This document shows, piece after piece, positions 12,101-25,256 of a stretch of DNA of 64,000 bases; position 1 is the stretch's first letter; each line of letters begins with the position of its first letter. A program made the translations under genes and the position numbers. The stretch comes from Camelus ferus (lineage: Eukaryota): NCBI RefSeq assembly GCF_009834535.1, contig NC_045696.1:62932001-62996000 (forward strand), given 5' to 3'. The notes beneath the pieces are model-generated. The model saw nothing but the letters and a program-made list of their open reading frames with translations. It had not been told where the DNA came from and did no database searches.

Positions 12101-13148
12101 ACAACAACTGCCTTATTCTTGGCAGCACAGCTAAATCAGGTGGGATTTTTCAGATCTGGGAAAAAAATTTGTCATTTGTGCTCCATTGTTTCCAAGCCTC
12201 TGTGGGACCTGATTCGGACCGGTCACCGCTGCAGGTCAACTCTATATTCCTCCTTGCTCCCTAACCAGCATCAGGCACTCTCCACTCCGGGACCCTTACT
12301 GTTTCCTGTCTTCGCTTTCCTGGGCCTGCTATGAAATCAACAACCTCCCCACGATATTTACTACCATTTTTTTTTTCCAGTTCACTGCTGCTCTGCCTTT
12401 GAAGCTGTAGACCCAGCTTCCCTAGTGAGCTGGCATCCTTGAACATACTTTTCTGGCTTGTTTGTGACACCCAGCCAGCTGCTGGCCTGTCCAGAAAAGA
12501 ACCCAAAGATGCTTTTTTAGGACAACATCCTGTCTTTGTGAAATTGCTTTGTAGAGAAACAGCTGTGAAAGAAGGCTGCTTGGCCCAGGTCTCTAGCAGC
12601 AAAGTTTTAACTCAATGCAAAACACAGATAAAATAAACATCAGATATTTCACCCATCAACCTGGTTAGAGCTGCTGATTAAAATTTTTTCTTGGCACTTC
12701 CTGTCGGCAAGTAGAGTTAACACTCTTGCTGAAGCTGGAGAGACTAGATTGGAAATAAGTTCCCTGGGGTTTGGACTCTGTCTATGGAAATGTCAATGAT
12801 TTTTTCACACTTTAGGAAGCTTCAAATGTTACCATTTTTTATTTTTGAGATGGGATTCAGTATTTTTTCAGGGGAGATGTAACTAAAATGGTCTGATCCT
12901 TCACAACCTGCACGGAAGACATTCCTTGAGCCGGGATGTGCATCTCCCTGGTGCACTGTATTTGGTCCACCCACAGGTTTGAAGCCCATATTGTACCAGG
13001 TCCTCTTCTGGGGCAGAGGGTAAAAGATACATTTGCCTTGGCCTGTCGACTTCGTGGCAACTCTCCCTGGGTGAAGCTTGCATAGCACATCCCTGCTGAG
13101 TAGGACTCCTCAATTTGGCTTGATTGCGGCTGTTTTCTACTTCGCATC

Positions 13149-13163
13149 CCAGCAGAGGGCATC
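13149..13163 (+). promoter_or_regulatory. Candidate CTCF site
   Basis: CCAGCAGAGGGCATC closely matches the CTCF core CCASYAGRKGGCRS; lies in non-repeat sequence. Motif only. Confidence 0.45.
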
Positions 13164-13551
13164 TATTTAATCCTACGGTTATTTTTATTTTTAAGTTAAA
13201 TCAAGTATATGTAAGTTGAGGTCCAAAATCTGCTTGGTCTAGTTACCTGAAATCTGAAGCAAGATGTGAACACCTTTTAGATTAACCCTGGAGATATTTA
13301 GATAGTACATCTCTTTCAGTGGAATGAACTTTTTATCAGATGTCAAAGCCAGTTCCTTCTGCTCTCTTCATTTCAGAATATATATATATATATATTTTTT
13401 TTTTTTTTCCCACATTGTGAAAATTCTCATGCCATGTACTGGTTACATGTCTGTGATGTTAAATCATCTGTTAACTCATGAAACAGAATCTTATATTTTC
13501 AAAAATATTTTTGCCAAATCTGGTTCTTCATGTCACAAATTATCTTTTTGC

Positions 13552-14044
13552 TGTCCATCAACAGATGACTAGATGAACAAGATGTGGCATATTTATACAA
13601 TGGAATACTATTTAGCTATAAAAACTGACAACATAACACCATTTGCAGCAACATGGATGTTCCTGAAGAATGTCACTCTAAGTGAAGTAAGCCAGAAAGA
13701 GAAAGAAAAATACCATATGAGATCGTTCATATGTGGAGTCTAAAAAAAAAAAAAAAACCATAAATACAAAACAGAAACAGACTCATAGACATAGAATACA
13801 AACTTGTGGTTGCCAAGGGGGCAGGGGGTGGGAAGGGACAGACTGGGATTTCAAAATGTAGAATAGATAAACAAGATTATACTGTATAGCACAGGGAAAA
13901 ATATACAAGATCTTATGGTAGCTTACAGAGGAAAAAAATGTGACAATGAATATATATATGTTCATGTGTAACTAAAAAATTGTGCTCTACACTGGAATTT
14001 GACACAACATTGTAAAATGATTATAACTATAAAAAATGTTTAAA
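13552..14044 (+). mobile_element. Young 5'-truncated L1 (camelid/cetartiodactyl type): ORF2 end and 3' UTR
   Basis: tgtccatcaacagatgac...catttgcagcaacatggatg...aagtgaagtaagccag; TSD aaattatcttt(t)tgc at 13537-13551 and 14045-14058. Confidence 0.95.
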
Positions 14045-14875
14045 AAATTATCTTTTGCAACTTCTCTTGAGATCAGCAGTTTCTAAGCTTTTTTGAAAGG
14101 GCACCTATCATTTGAAAAAAAAAAAATACAGTATCCCTTCCCGACACATTTTGTTTGTTTACCAGTGATACACACAAAGAGACTGTGGAATAAAGACTCC
14201 CCCTCCCCCATTCTAAAGACAGCTGCTAACTAGCTCCAGGTGGGACTTGACAGTAAGACTCATCTAGCGTTCATTACCCCCGGCCCAGGTGAGTCAGGGC
14301 TAGGCATTTCAGAGAAGTTTATGGATGCCAGGAAAGTCACAAAAGCAGAGAGGTCTTCTGTTTTCTCCTCTGCTAGCTATGATGGGGGAGGGAAGCACTT
14401 ACCTTACTCCAAGCCAAGTGAGGGGACTTTAAGAGAACTGCTGAAGAAAGATCAGGGGTGTCTGCAAGAAAGGGAATTAAGAAGCCCACTCTCTGGCCTG
14501 AGCCTTGCTGAGCTCCTGAGGGTCACCTTATCACAGGAAGGCATTGTGAGAGAAGTTTCTTGAAAGAAACTAAAGAGTGCATCTTGTGATGCACATAACA
14601 CCAGAGCCTACGCCTACCCAGAGAAGCATGAAGACGGGAAGCTGGCTGAAACCACCCATGGTGCCGGACCAGGAAGAAGAGGCTGAGGTGGGAGCAGCCT
14701 GCACTGACGCTGACTGGCTGGGCAGTGGCACGTGGGTCCCCATGGGCCAGGGGGACGGGCCAAAGCACTGTCAGATGTGAAGTCTGTGGGGGGACCTCTT
14801 CCAAGAGAGTGGCCTGTGGAGCCGATGAGAGTCCAGTGCTTAAAAGCTGGAGATTTACGGAAGCTAAGAAGGGAG

Positions 14876-15389
14876 TGCTGCCAAAAATAATCAATAAACA
14901 ATCAATGAGAAGAATAGAAAGGAGTTTTATTTGAGCTAAACTGAGGACTAGCCCAGTAGCCTGCTTCTCTGATTACTCTGAGAAACTGCTCTGGAGAAGC
15001 AAGATTTTCAGCACAGTTTTATATCTCATCAAAACAAAGAACATGAAACAAGTCAAGGATCTGTTTATTCAAGATTTCAAAAAAAAAAAAAAAGCAGACC
15101 AGCACGTACACATACAGCATGTACAGTATGGTCTTGGCACCTGGGAAGGGAGTCTCGCCATCAAAGGAGGACCAGCATTTGTGCTCCAGGAAGAGGGGCG
15201 TTTCATTTTTATTTTTAACCATGGACATTCTTCACTTCTGGTCAATGTTCCCTTTTCTTTAATAACTAAAGCAGATGTACAATGTACGGTTTGATAGGAC
15301 ACAAACAGGCCGTTTTAGCATGAAATCCAAGTTAGCTCACATATAGAATGCCTTCCCTGTATCTCAATATGTGAACATTTCTTTTATCA
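14876..15389 (-). mobile_element. ERV1-class solo LTR (514 bp)
   Basis: TG...CA termini, 4-bp TSD GGAG (14872-14875 and 15390-15393), minus-strand TATAAAA (15023-15017) and AATAAA (14931-14926). Confidence 0.85.
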
Positions 15390-16289
15390 GGAGTTTCATA
15401 AAAGGTCATTCGGAGAGCACATTGCCGGTGACAGGGACAGTGAGTGCATGTGTGGGTCTCCACGGTTGGGGCGGGGGGCTGGACATCTCCAAATAACACG
15501 CAAACACACAAATATGTCCCACGAAACAGACAGGAGTTGGTGGACGGCTACCTCAACAGAAGGCCCCAGTAGCCAGATTAAAACAGCATAAACAATCATG
15601 CAGGACCGTGCCCCCTTCCCTCTGGTGTCCCCTGCCCAGTCCCCAGCCTGGAGGCGCCGCCGGTAGGGCGGGAGCAAGTGGAGAAGGAGTGCAAGAGCAG
15701 CCCCCTTCCCCCGCGCTTCCTGTTGCAGGGCCTCAAGCCGTGAGTTTGCCTGAGATGAGGAGAGAAAGATTATTCAATTGGATGTGAATTTGAAGTTTTG
15801 ATTTAGACGGGCCTGAACTTTTTAAGACATGAGCACGAGACCATTCACAGAGCTGAAAGTGACAGAAAGCTGGGGTTTCTGTCTGAGATGTCCTCAAGGA
15901 TGCGAAAGGAGGTGGAAGAAGGCATGTCTGAGGGCAGCTGTGGGAGGAAAACAAATCTGTTTCCTGCTTGTCCCTACCGAGATTAGTCCACTCAGTAAAC
16001 TGGCTACAGTTTATTGGAAAACCTGGAATTTCTTTCTTCATTTATTTTTATTCAGGTAAAAATATATGCAGAAAGAAGAGCTAATATTTTTTCCTTGTGC
16101 CCTAATACATCTTCCCCTGAAGCCCCTGAGCTGAGCAGCTACACTGGAGGCCAGTTCCCCACACCTGGTCCACAGTCAGCCGGAACCCAGCCTGGCCCTC
16201 CGGAGGCCCCAGGCCACCTGCACAGCTCAGAGCAAAGCTCAGGTAATGCACCGTCCATTTCTAAGCCTACTGAGGTGGATCACCCACTC

Positions 16290-16430
16290 ATGCAGTCATC
16301 TACCCATTCCACCCACCCATTCACCCATCTTCTCCCTGCTCCGAGGGCCAGGCTCTGTGTGCGGCTTGGAAATTCACTGGTGAATAAAACAGACAAGACC
16401 TCTACCCTTGAGAAGTTTATAATCTAATAA
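16290..16430 (-). mobile_element. L2 3' end
   Basis: cattcacc...ccaggctctgtg...ggtgaataaaacagacaagacctctacccttgagaagtttataatcta. Confidence 0.75.
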
Positions 16431-16560
16431 TAGACAACACACCATATACACATAAATACGTATTTACAAGTTGTGCTTAATGTTATAACAGTGGCAGTAA
16501 AAAAAAAAAACAACCAAATAACAACAACAACAAAACCCCAGAGTACAGTAATAAAGAATT

Positions 16561-16566
<6 letters not shown>

Positions 16567-16618
<52 letters not shown>
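16567..16618. repeat. (GT)n microsatellite
   Basis: About 26 uninterrupted GT units. Confidence 0.98.
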
Positions 16619-16620
<2 letters not shown>

Positions 16621-18244
16621 GGGGCAATCCACTGGCAAATCCCCACTTAACCACTCTAGGAGATGAAAATTACCCAAAGCAAACCCAGCAATTATTATGC
16701 AATAAATTGGGCATTTTCATTTTAGAGGAGTGTGTTCCTGGAAGGGAAATGAGGGTGAAGAGAGTGTGTGTTTGTATGTATTTACCTAAAAGATAATTTT
16801 GTCTAATAAATATTTGCTGAGAATCTACTCTGAGTAAGGAAACATGAGAGGCAACGCCATGGAGAGAGATTTACCAGCTAAGTCTGGCCCAAGAGTCTCT
16901 GGGTATTTAGGAATACCTGAGCATCTCTGAGCCATTTATAACAGCAGGGCAGCGAGCCTGCCTTTGACTGCTTAGCCTTGACATATCTGGTCTAAGAGTA
17001 GATTTGGTGAAGAAGAAGAAATACCAAAGGATGTCATCAGGAATGATTTAGATTCCTCCTTGAGAGGAGCAACCTCCTGACTCCAAGCTTTAGCCCTAGA
17101 CTCCTGTCTTCTTGGCTCTTTTGCTTTCCAACTCTTGGTCTAAGGCATGAATAATAATATTGCATCCCTACTACGTGCTGAGAGACCTCTTTGGTGACCT
17201 TATACATGATGTCATTAAATCCCAGCATCACTGCGTGAAGAGGGTGTTAATACCTTCCTGACAAGTGACAAAGCTGGGCTTGTGCTAGTCAAACCCTTCA
17301 CCCACATTCCACACAGATCCAGGTTTCTAATGCATGTTTGTCCCTGTGCAGTCCCACACTTTTCCTCCACCCCCAATGCCTCCACCTAGACCTGCGATTT
17401 TGACCAGCCTCTTGAGGCTGAGACCATATCTTATTCATTCCTGTAGCCCCCAGGGCCCAGAATATGAGGAGTGCAGCCGTTCATTCATTTATCCATCCAA
17501 AACAAGTATTCATGGAGCACTAATTCAGTGCCAGGACCTGTGCGCTGTTGTCATTAAATATTTGAGAAATGAAAGAGGAAAGGGAGAGAAAAAGGAGGGA
17601 AAGGAGAATGTACAGCAGGGTCAGGAGGAACGGCCTCAGGACACGGGGTTGTGGCGGTGGAGCAGGGGGGTGTGCTGGGCGGAGCCTTTGCCAGGAATCA
17701 TCCCTTGGCTCTGGCACTAAAAATCTGCTTTGTGTCATTGCCTCTCTGGACTTCATGTTTCACAAAACTTTCCAGTGATCCCCAGGTAACTTTTTGACAA
17801 GTAATTCTGAAAGTTTTGTAAATTAAGCAAACCACATGGCCTGACTGTTCCTTTTATTGATGTGGCCTTTCCATGATTTGAATGTGCAGTCAGGGTTAAG
17901 AACCACCTGCTTACATGGTTTTTCTTCCCATTAACAGTAGAGGCTGGAAGCCAGGTAGCCAAAGCTGCAAGGCTCCTAGCCAAGTGTCTGACCCATAGGA
18001 AATATGAGAAATGAGTTTTGTTGTTGTTGTCATTTCTAATGAAGTAATTATGGATGAAAATAGAAAGTAAAGGGGAGATTTAGAAGAAGAAGGCGGAGAA
18101 GCAGCAGCAGCCCACAGTGAACATTTCAGTCTTGACGGATTATCCTATTATCTTCATCTAATCCCTCTGGACCTCAAGTTCCCAGCTGTAAAAATTGAAA
18201 ATATGTATGTCCTGCTATACTAGCTCAATGAATAAATACTTGAA

Positions 18245-18392
18245 CAAAAAGCCCTGATGTGTAATATTTCCCAATTTCTCTGGTGTAAATACTCCCACTG
18301 GGGTCGGTTTTAACTTATGAATGGTTTAACAACGGCTCAGAAAACTCCTGAATGTTTAACAATCGCCCTCCCAAGCCTGCTCCAGCGGCGCA
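18245..18392. mobile_element. hAT-Blackjack MITE fragment (MER63-like)
   Basis: aaaagccctgatgtgtaa...ggtgtaaatactcccac...gtttaacaacggctcagaaaactcctgaatgtttaacaatcg. Confidence 0.7.
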
Positions 18393-18526
18393 GGGGAATG
18401 CACACAGGGGAATATACGCATTAAACAGCTACGAAGTGCTTGGGACCATGCCTGATTCATAGAAGGCACTCGATAAATATCAGCTGCTATCATAACCATG
18501 ATGGTTATTAATATTGTTATTTTCTT

Positions 18527-18652
18527 GGGGGGAAGGTATAGCTCAGTGGTTGAGTGTGTGCTTAGCATGCACGAGGTCTTGGGTTCGATCCCCAGTATCT
18601 CCATTAAAACAAATAAATAAACCTAATTACCTCCCCACTCCTCCCCCCAAAA
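18527..18652 (+). mobile_element. Camelid tRNA-derived SINE (Vic-1-like)
   Basis: A box tagctcagtggt, tRNA-Ala-like ttagcat loop, B box ggttcgatccc, tail taaacctaattacctcccc; TSD ttattttctt at 18517-18526 and 18653-18662. Confidence 0.9.
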
Positions 18653-18864
18653 TTATTTTCTTTACCCTTCTTTTGCTCATAGAATTTTTTTTTTCTCTTC
18701 CAGGACTCAGAGTTGCTGAGGGATAGGATTTTTTTTTTTCAGTCTTTAAAGCAGCAACCTGGTAGCACCCACCACCTACGCAGTGTTCTCAGGCAGTCTG
18801 CTTACAATCCAGAGGTCATTGAACAGAAATGAATAACAATTTATGAGAGTTCACAGTTTTTGAA

Positions 18865-19030
18865 GGCCTTTCATGGATTCTTCTCATCTTTTGATACCCA
18901 TTCCAACCCGATGAGGTAGATAGGGCTTCCCATTTTGCAGATGAAGAATTGAGGTTCAAGGAGAGTGTAACTCAGCAGAGTCACACAGCACTCAGTGGCG
19001 GAGTTGGCCCTCAGAAAAGGCCAGGGCTCT
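18865..19030 (-). mobile_element. MIR SINE
   Basis: caacccgatgaggtag...cccattttgcagatgaagaattgagg...gtcacacagc. Confidence 0.8.
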
Positions 19031-19984
19031 TTTCCTCTGTCCTAGCTGCCTCTTCATTTCCAGGAAGCACTTGTGTGGGACACATGGGTTCCCTGACCAG
19101 GGACCCAACTTGAACTGGGAGAGAGGGAGGGAGGGAAGCAGGAAGGTAGATGAGCTCATCGACTCAAAACAGAAGCCACGGCACTCCTGGGAGGCAGGAG
19201 CCTGAGATGAACGCAGTTCATTCAGCGTAGATACCTTCAGTGAGCATGTTCGAGGATGGCATCTCCAGAGGGAAAGATTACTAATTCATGATATGGATAA
19301 AATGGACCCATCTCTCGCTTTTAATGTGAGCTTGAGTTACTGAGATAATTAAGTTTGGCAGTAAGAGTATTAGCCATGTAGTGCAAGAAGCCCTGGTATC
19401 TGGAAGACATCAAACACAGTTTAATGGGATGGATATGCGTGAGTGTGTATGAAGGACAGGCTGGGGGGATCTCCTGTGACATTATGGAGATTGGTGTCTG
19501 CTAAGTTGGGCAGCTAACCGTGCTCCCCAAATGCAGTTCTTGGGCTGAAAGCCCCTCCTTACTGAAGAGGCAATGGCTGTGCCTCTAGAGAATGGAAGGT
19601 ACTCCATTCACTATTCTGGGGATTAGCAAAAAGTGGTGGCGTTTTGCATACCTCATTTGTCCTGCAGTGTGGCTTATGCTCAGAGTGGGTTCACCAAGTT
19701 GGAGGAGGGGTTGGAGGATGACTTGCCTGCATTTTCTCCCCCAGTTCTCTGGTGACTTGGGCACTTGCAAGAGGACTTGGCAAGAAGTGAGGCTCCCTGT
19801 GGCTGCGAATAGAGCAAAGGGGCCACATGGGGGCCTCTCAGTCCTCCCAGGGTGACCCATGGAGAGCTAGCCCTAGATGGTTATATTTCAAGGGAAAACC
19901 CCCCAAAAGTATGAACATACAGGAAGTATGTATTTGTTAAACAACAGTAGGAGAGTGCCTGCCAGGTTGGATGCAGAAAAATTT

Positions 19985-20213
19985 TTTTAAAGTATGGTTA
20001 ATTTTCAAGGTTGTCTTAGTTTCAGATATACAACTGATCAGTTTCAGATAGCAAACTGATCCAGATATACATATACATGTATATATATTCTTTTTCATTA
20101 TAGGTTATTATAAGATATTGAATATAGTTCCCTGTGCTATACAATAAGACCTTGTTGTTTACTTATTTTATATATAGTCGTGTGTATGTTAATCCCAAAC
20201 TCCTAATTTATCC
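19985..20213 (-). mobile_element. Short L1 3' UTR insertion (cetartiodactyl type)
   Basis: gatattgaatatagttccctgtgctataca...ccttgttgttta...tcccaaactcctaatttatcc. Confidence 0.9.
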
Positions 20214-20974
20214 AAATTTTTTTACTTTATAGAGTTTTATTAATATTATTAAATCAATAATCACAAATAACTTACTTCTAGACCTTTGTTATCCTGCCTC
20301 GAATTGCCAAGAAAAAGCCATGACAGTGCTCGGGAGGAAAGTGGGTTCCAGGAAGACTTTGGGTCGCAGATGGCTTTGGAAATTGCTGGTGGACTCTGGG
20401 GATGTGGGGGAGTCTGTTTCCCAGCTCTGGTGCTGTGAGCTCCAAACACTTTCCAGGCCCAACATGTCTGGGTGACATTCTTTGGGTACCAGTGTTTGAG
20501 ATGCTCCCCTCTTGGCACAAACATGTTCCACTTTGGTAAGTCCCTGCATGTCTGGAGCCCAGAGGCAAGGAAACCAGCCTTTGCTGAGCAGATCCCAAGT
20601 GCCAGACTCTGTGCTGATTGCTTCCCCTACATTATTTCATTCTATCGCTGGACCCACCGATATGAGAGATACACCATTACCCACCCTTCCTGGAGAAGCA
20701 AGGTGCCCAGGGTGGTTGACCTAGGAGGCAGCAGAAGGCAATGGCTGAGACTCTCACTCTGCTTGCCTGGCTCCTCTGAGCCCAGCGTTCCAGGCATGGG
20801 AGGCTCGGTTTGGACCAGCACAGGACTGGTCCTTCCTCAATCCAGGAAGAACGCTTCCACTAATGTGGTCCATGGGTAAATTAATCTTGGCATGTCACAA
20901 GATTGACCCAGAATGAAGGGGACTAAAATTAAATACTTACTATGGGCCAAGCCCTCCGCTGGGCTCATGTGAAA

Positions 20975-21180
20975 GGCAGCATGACACAATGGAAGGAGAA
21001 CCAGCTTTGGAAAGAGAAGGTCCTGGGTTCAAATCTTACTTGTTAGTTGTATAATTTGGGAGCAACTTAACCTTTCAGTTTGCTCATCTACAAAATGAAT
21101 GCAATAATAACGCAAGCTCTTCTTTACAAAATTGTGAAAATTAAATGAGGTAAGTGATGTGAGAGCAGAAATGTTAGCCT
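20975..21180 (+). mobile_element. MIR SINE
   Basis: cctgggttcaaatc...cttaacctttcagtttgctcatctacaaaatg...gtgaaaattaaatgagg. Confidence 0.85.
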
Positions 21181-21519
21181 CTTCATAAACCTCTGCTAAA
21201 TGCCCTCACCCAGCCATTTAACAAGACAGCCTACAACTTTGTCCAAACGGACTTCAGACTTTCATATCAACAGGTTTCAGAGTACCTCTTCACCCTCTTT
21301 TGGAAAACAGGACTGCATTTGCCATTTCTGTATGCCAGCTCCTTTCATACTTCCTCTGAAATCATCTCCAGCGCTTTAGTGAGCTTATTGAGTCATTGAG
21401 CAACCTAGGAATGCAGCCCATCCTCCCTGGTGGGAAGTAATAAAGCCTCCAACAACGGCAGAGAGGGGAAACTCTCACTTATCCTCTTGTCCTCTATCAC
21501 TTAGCACCTGCCATGTATT

Positions 21520-22190
21520 ATTTCATGGATCATGTAGCACCCACGTGAGGCACCGTGGAAGACACAGATGTGAAAGGCACTGTCTCTGTCCCCTTGGGGC
21601 ACATATTCTAAGAAACAACTGGACAGTGAGGCAGAGAGCATTACACAGCTGAGAAGCACCGGAGCGGGGAGGAGAGACATCTTTAGGCTTCGGCATCACA
21701 GAGGAAGATGAATTTGGACAACTTACTTAAGCTTTCTGGGATGTGGACAATTGTGTTAACCTTTGGACCAGGCTTTGAAGAGAGGATATGGTTTTAGAAG
21801 ATCTGGGAAGGGGAGAGGCAATTAGAGGTTCTTGGAGAAATACACAGGACATGACAAGTAGTCCTGTCTGATTGGAACTTGTAAGTTTTGTCAGAGAAAA
21901 ACAAGAGATAATTTGGATGAGTGCCAGAGGTGTAGAAATCTTCAGCACCAGGCTATGTTAACTTCAGTGAGGAGCCACTGAGCCAGGGATTTCCAAAGAA
22001 CAGTGACATGATCCCCACCGAGAGATGTTCTGTCAATTGGACAGACTACATGGAGACTGGGAAGAGAATGCTGATGCAAAAGTCATTGGCCAGGTCAGAT
22101 GCTAGATAAAAAGGTGAGCATTAGAGTGGGGGCAGTGGTCCAGGAAGGGCAGGAAAGCTACGGGAGATGTTCAGGACAAACAGTTTACAG
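21520..22190 (-). mobile_element. L2 LINE fragment
   Basis: Decayed L2 body (ggagccactgag...agtgacatgatc...tggccaggtcagatg). Confidence 0.6.
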
Positions 22191-22499
22191 TCAGAGCCCT
22201 CTGCCTCCCCATCCAAGATCTATCAGTCCCTACATGTGGAGCCTTGCTTAACCTCTCTGGGCCTTAGTTCCCATGGCTGGGAAGTAAACTCCTTGGATCA
22301 GAAGGTGATTTCTAAGTGTGCTGCCAGTCCTGGCCTCCTCTGACTCTCTGTCTTGACATTTTTGTCATTGCTCTTTGAGCTTGCTGGGTGACTATCACTG
22401 GACGGGGGAGGACTCACCACATTGTCAACAGCTGGTGACTTTTCTTTTGTCAAGCCTTGCAAAGACTCCCAATGAATTAAGTTAGTTCTGTTGGCTTTG

Positions 22500-22868
22500 A
22501 CTTCACAAATTTTCCCAAACCAGATGATCCTAAAGCAAAAATCACATCCATGGAGCAAAATCGTAATGTCGAGAATACATAAGAATGTTCTTATATTACA
22601 GAGGTGACATTTCACATGAGTGAAGAAAGGCTGTATTCACCCAATGGCTGTTTAGAAAAAAAATAACATTTCAGCCCTACCTCACTCTTTGGGCCAATTT
22701 GACTTCCAAATGGTTTCAAGAGCAAAATAAAATGCTACCGAAAGATAAAGTTGAGTGTTACATAATCTTGAGACAGAGGAAGCCTCTCATAGCATGACAC
22801 CAAGGCAGTTACAACAAAAGAGGAGATGAATAGATTTGACTGTAAACATAGTTTAAATTCTGCATCCC
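22500..22868 (+). mobile_element. Old L1 (L1M) ORF2 fragment
   Basis: ccctacctcactc...ttccaaatgg...agcatgacaccaagg...atagatttgactgtaaa resembles L1 ORF2. Confidence 0.7.
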
Positions 22869-24338
22869 CGAGGTACCAAAGCCATTCCGCCGTGTTGTCA
22901 TCAGCCCTTCCGGGAAGGGTAGGAGAGCTGTTTCTGATCATCTCAACATGACATGGCAGAACCCGGTCCTGAAGGCAGTGAGGAAAAGCAGCTTCAGGAG
23001 ACACTTGAGAAGGGAAGGAACAGGGGCTCTCAGGGACGGGACACCAGGAGCAGAGGCTCCCACACCTGAGCCAGGGCCTCCCCTTGCTCGTCTGCCCCAG
23101 GGAGGAGTCTGAGGGCCCTGCTGGTCTCCCCTGCACCCCTCACCTCCCACAGGATGTAAACAAAGCCCCTGCTCGGTTTGCTTTGCTCTTTGTAGGCCTT
23201 AGATGTCATGGCTGTCTGTGTGACAGAAATAAAGAGATTCGTCTCCCTCTAGTTGGTATCCTTGAGGGCCACAGGAGCTGGTCTTTCCTGTTCTGTCATT
23301 ACTACCTGGGTATCACCAGGGAGGTGTTTGGTGTCACACTGCCTCCCCGGCCCATGGCTGTGTGCCAGGCCTCAGCGCCTCCAAGAAACATGATTCCGCC
23401 TGCTCTAAGGAGCAGCAGGACCATGTGTCTCATAGGCTCACCGATAAGTGGTTGGAAGACTCCAAGGATTGATCACTGCTCGTCAGAGCCAGCAGATTCC
23501 CTCTTCCCTGACTCTCCTCGGGGAGGTGGAGAAGGACCCCAGCACTCCCTGCAGAGAGCAAGCTCCCCTTCCAGTCTCCTCTCCCTCCCCAGACGGCTGG
23601 CCTCTGGTGAGCAGCGGCCTGGGATGGATTGCCTGTAACAGCCCTGCCCTCCGCAGTGAATTCATCTGTCATCGTGGTTCCCAGCCCAAGATTTTAGAAA
23701 TGACAGGAGGCTAACATGGCTTCTGGGAAAAAAATTCAAGTTATATCGACAGGTGCAATTCACACATGCCTGGGTTCATCTGGCAAACGGGGGAAGTGGG
23801 GCGCGAGGAGAGGCTAAGGACAGAGGGAGGTAAGGAGCCTCTGAGGAGAGCACTCATCCTAAGGGAAGAAGGAGCCCAGACTCCGGTCTCGAATGAGTGG
23901 CTAAATCTTATTGTTAGGAGGAGATGAGGCATTCTGCGCGGGAGCCGAGATTCTAATTTGGCTCCCTGCACAGGTCCTGATAGATTCCTGTTTGAGCTGT
24001 ATGGTGGGCTGAGCCCTAAGTGAAAACAAACTCTGGACCAGCTCAAGGTCATACACAGAGTGGATCAGTCAGGATCCCTCCTTGTAGGCAAGGAAAATTG
24101 ATTCTGGTTGATTGAAGCCAAGAAGGAATATTGGAAAGGATACCACATAGCAAACAGCATGGCCAGAACAACTGGACAACGAATGGAAACACAAGGTTAC
24201 TGTGCAGCCAGATCCATCCATGCAACCACAGACACAAAACCAGCCTGGAGAGAAGGCTGCTGTCTTCTTCATTCCCCAACCCAGACAGACTAGCAGACAC
24301 CCATAATATTGCCGGGCTTGGAGGCTGGATGCTGCCGT

Positions 24339-24470
24339 CACCACCACCACCACCACCACCACCACTACCACCACCATCACCACCACCACCATGACACTCA
24401 TCACTATCACCATTACCACCACCATCAGCAGTGCCACCGCCCCCATCACCACCACTTCCATCTCCACCAC
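24339..24470. repeat. (CAC)n/(CAT)n imperfect trinucleotide repeat
   Basis: Directly visible; explains the poly-His, poly-Pro, poly-Gly and poly-Val ORFs here. Confidence 0.95.
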
Positions 24471-25084
24471 TGCAAGAAAGCAAGAAAGAATTTGTGCCTG
24501 CTTCTGCTTTAATGTGGTCACTGACTCCTAATTCAAAGATGGGTGAGATTGACTGGCCCACACCTTATTCTCAAGAAAGACTGGGAATGCTAGTATCTGT
24601 TGTCTTCAGCTTCGGGATTTATATATTAGGAATTCTCTCATCATAGGCTGTCAGGGGCAGGAGGCAGTCAGACACTGGCATCCCAGAAGGAGGAGGGAAA
24701 GAAGAAACAAGAAGGCAAACACTAAGGCTTAAAATAGATATTGAAGAAGTCACTTCTATTCTCTGGGCTGCAGTTTTCTCTTCCACAGTGAGGGCTTAAA
24801 TCACCAGAAGTTTGTGGAGGAAATGAATGTGATACTCCGCGGTCAGCTACAATGCGGACAAATGAAATCACCATTGTCATTGTCATTTTCATTACCATCA
24901 CCATCATGATCCTAAAGATAGTAATCCTCTGGGTGGAACCCAGGTCCTCTGACTCCCAGCACAGTGCAGACAGAAGGGATTGGCAGAGATTCTCATCTCC
25001 ACTGTAGAGTCTTTTCTTTTCCCCTAATTCGGAGTTCTCCCTCAATCTCTGTACTGCCAATGTTTCGGACCAGGTAACACTTTG

Positions 25085-25256
25085 TTCTCTAGACTGTCCT
25101 GCGCATTCTAGGAGGTTGTTTAGCAGCATCCTTGGCCTCTACCAACTAGATTCCCATATTGCCTCCTCCCCAGTTGTGATAACCAAAAGTGTCTCCATGT
25201 GGTGCCAAACATCCCCTTGGGGGGGGTGGGGGGTGCACAGAATTGACCCTAGTTGG
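25085..25256 (+). mobile_element. MER20 (hAT-Charlie MITE), cut by LTR insertion
   Basis: ctgtcctgcgcattctaggagg..tttagcagcatccttggcctctaccaactagat...cagttgtgataaccaaaagtgtctcca. Confidence 0.85.

Noticed and set aside
18527..18602. tRNA-Ala(AGC) gene
   Set aside because: It has a SINE tail and TSD, and two sister copies in the window; it is a tRNA-derived SINE head.
23084..23638. Longest ORF (184 aa)
   Set aside because: No recognisable domain, non-ATG start, and composition typical of GC-rich non-coding DNA.
24049..24646. Overlapping ORFs with poly-Gly, poly-Val, poly-His and poly-Pro
   Set aside because: All are translations of the (CAC)n microsatellite, which lacks stops in most frames.
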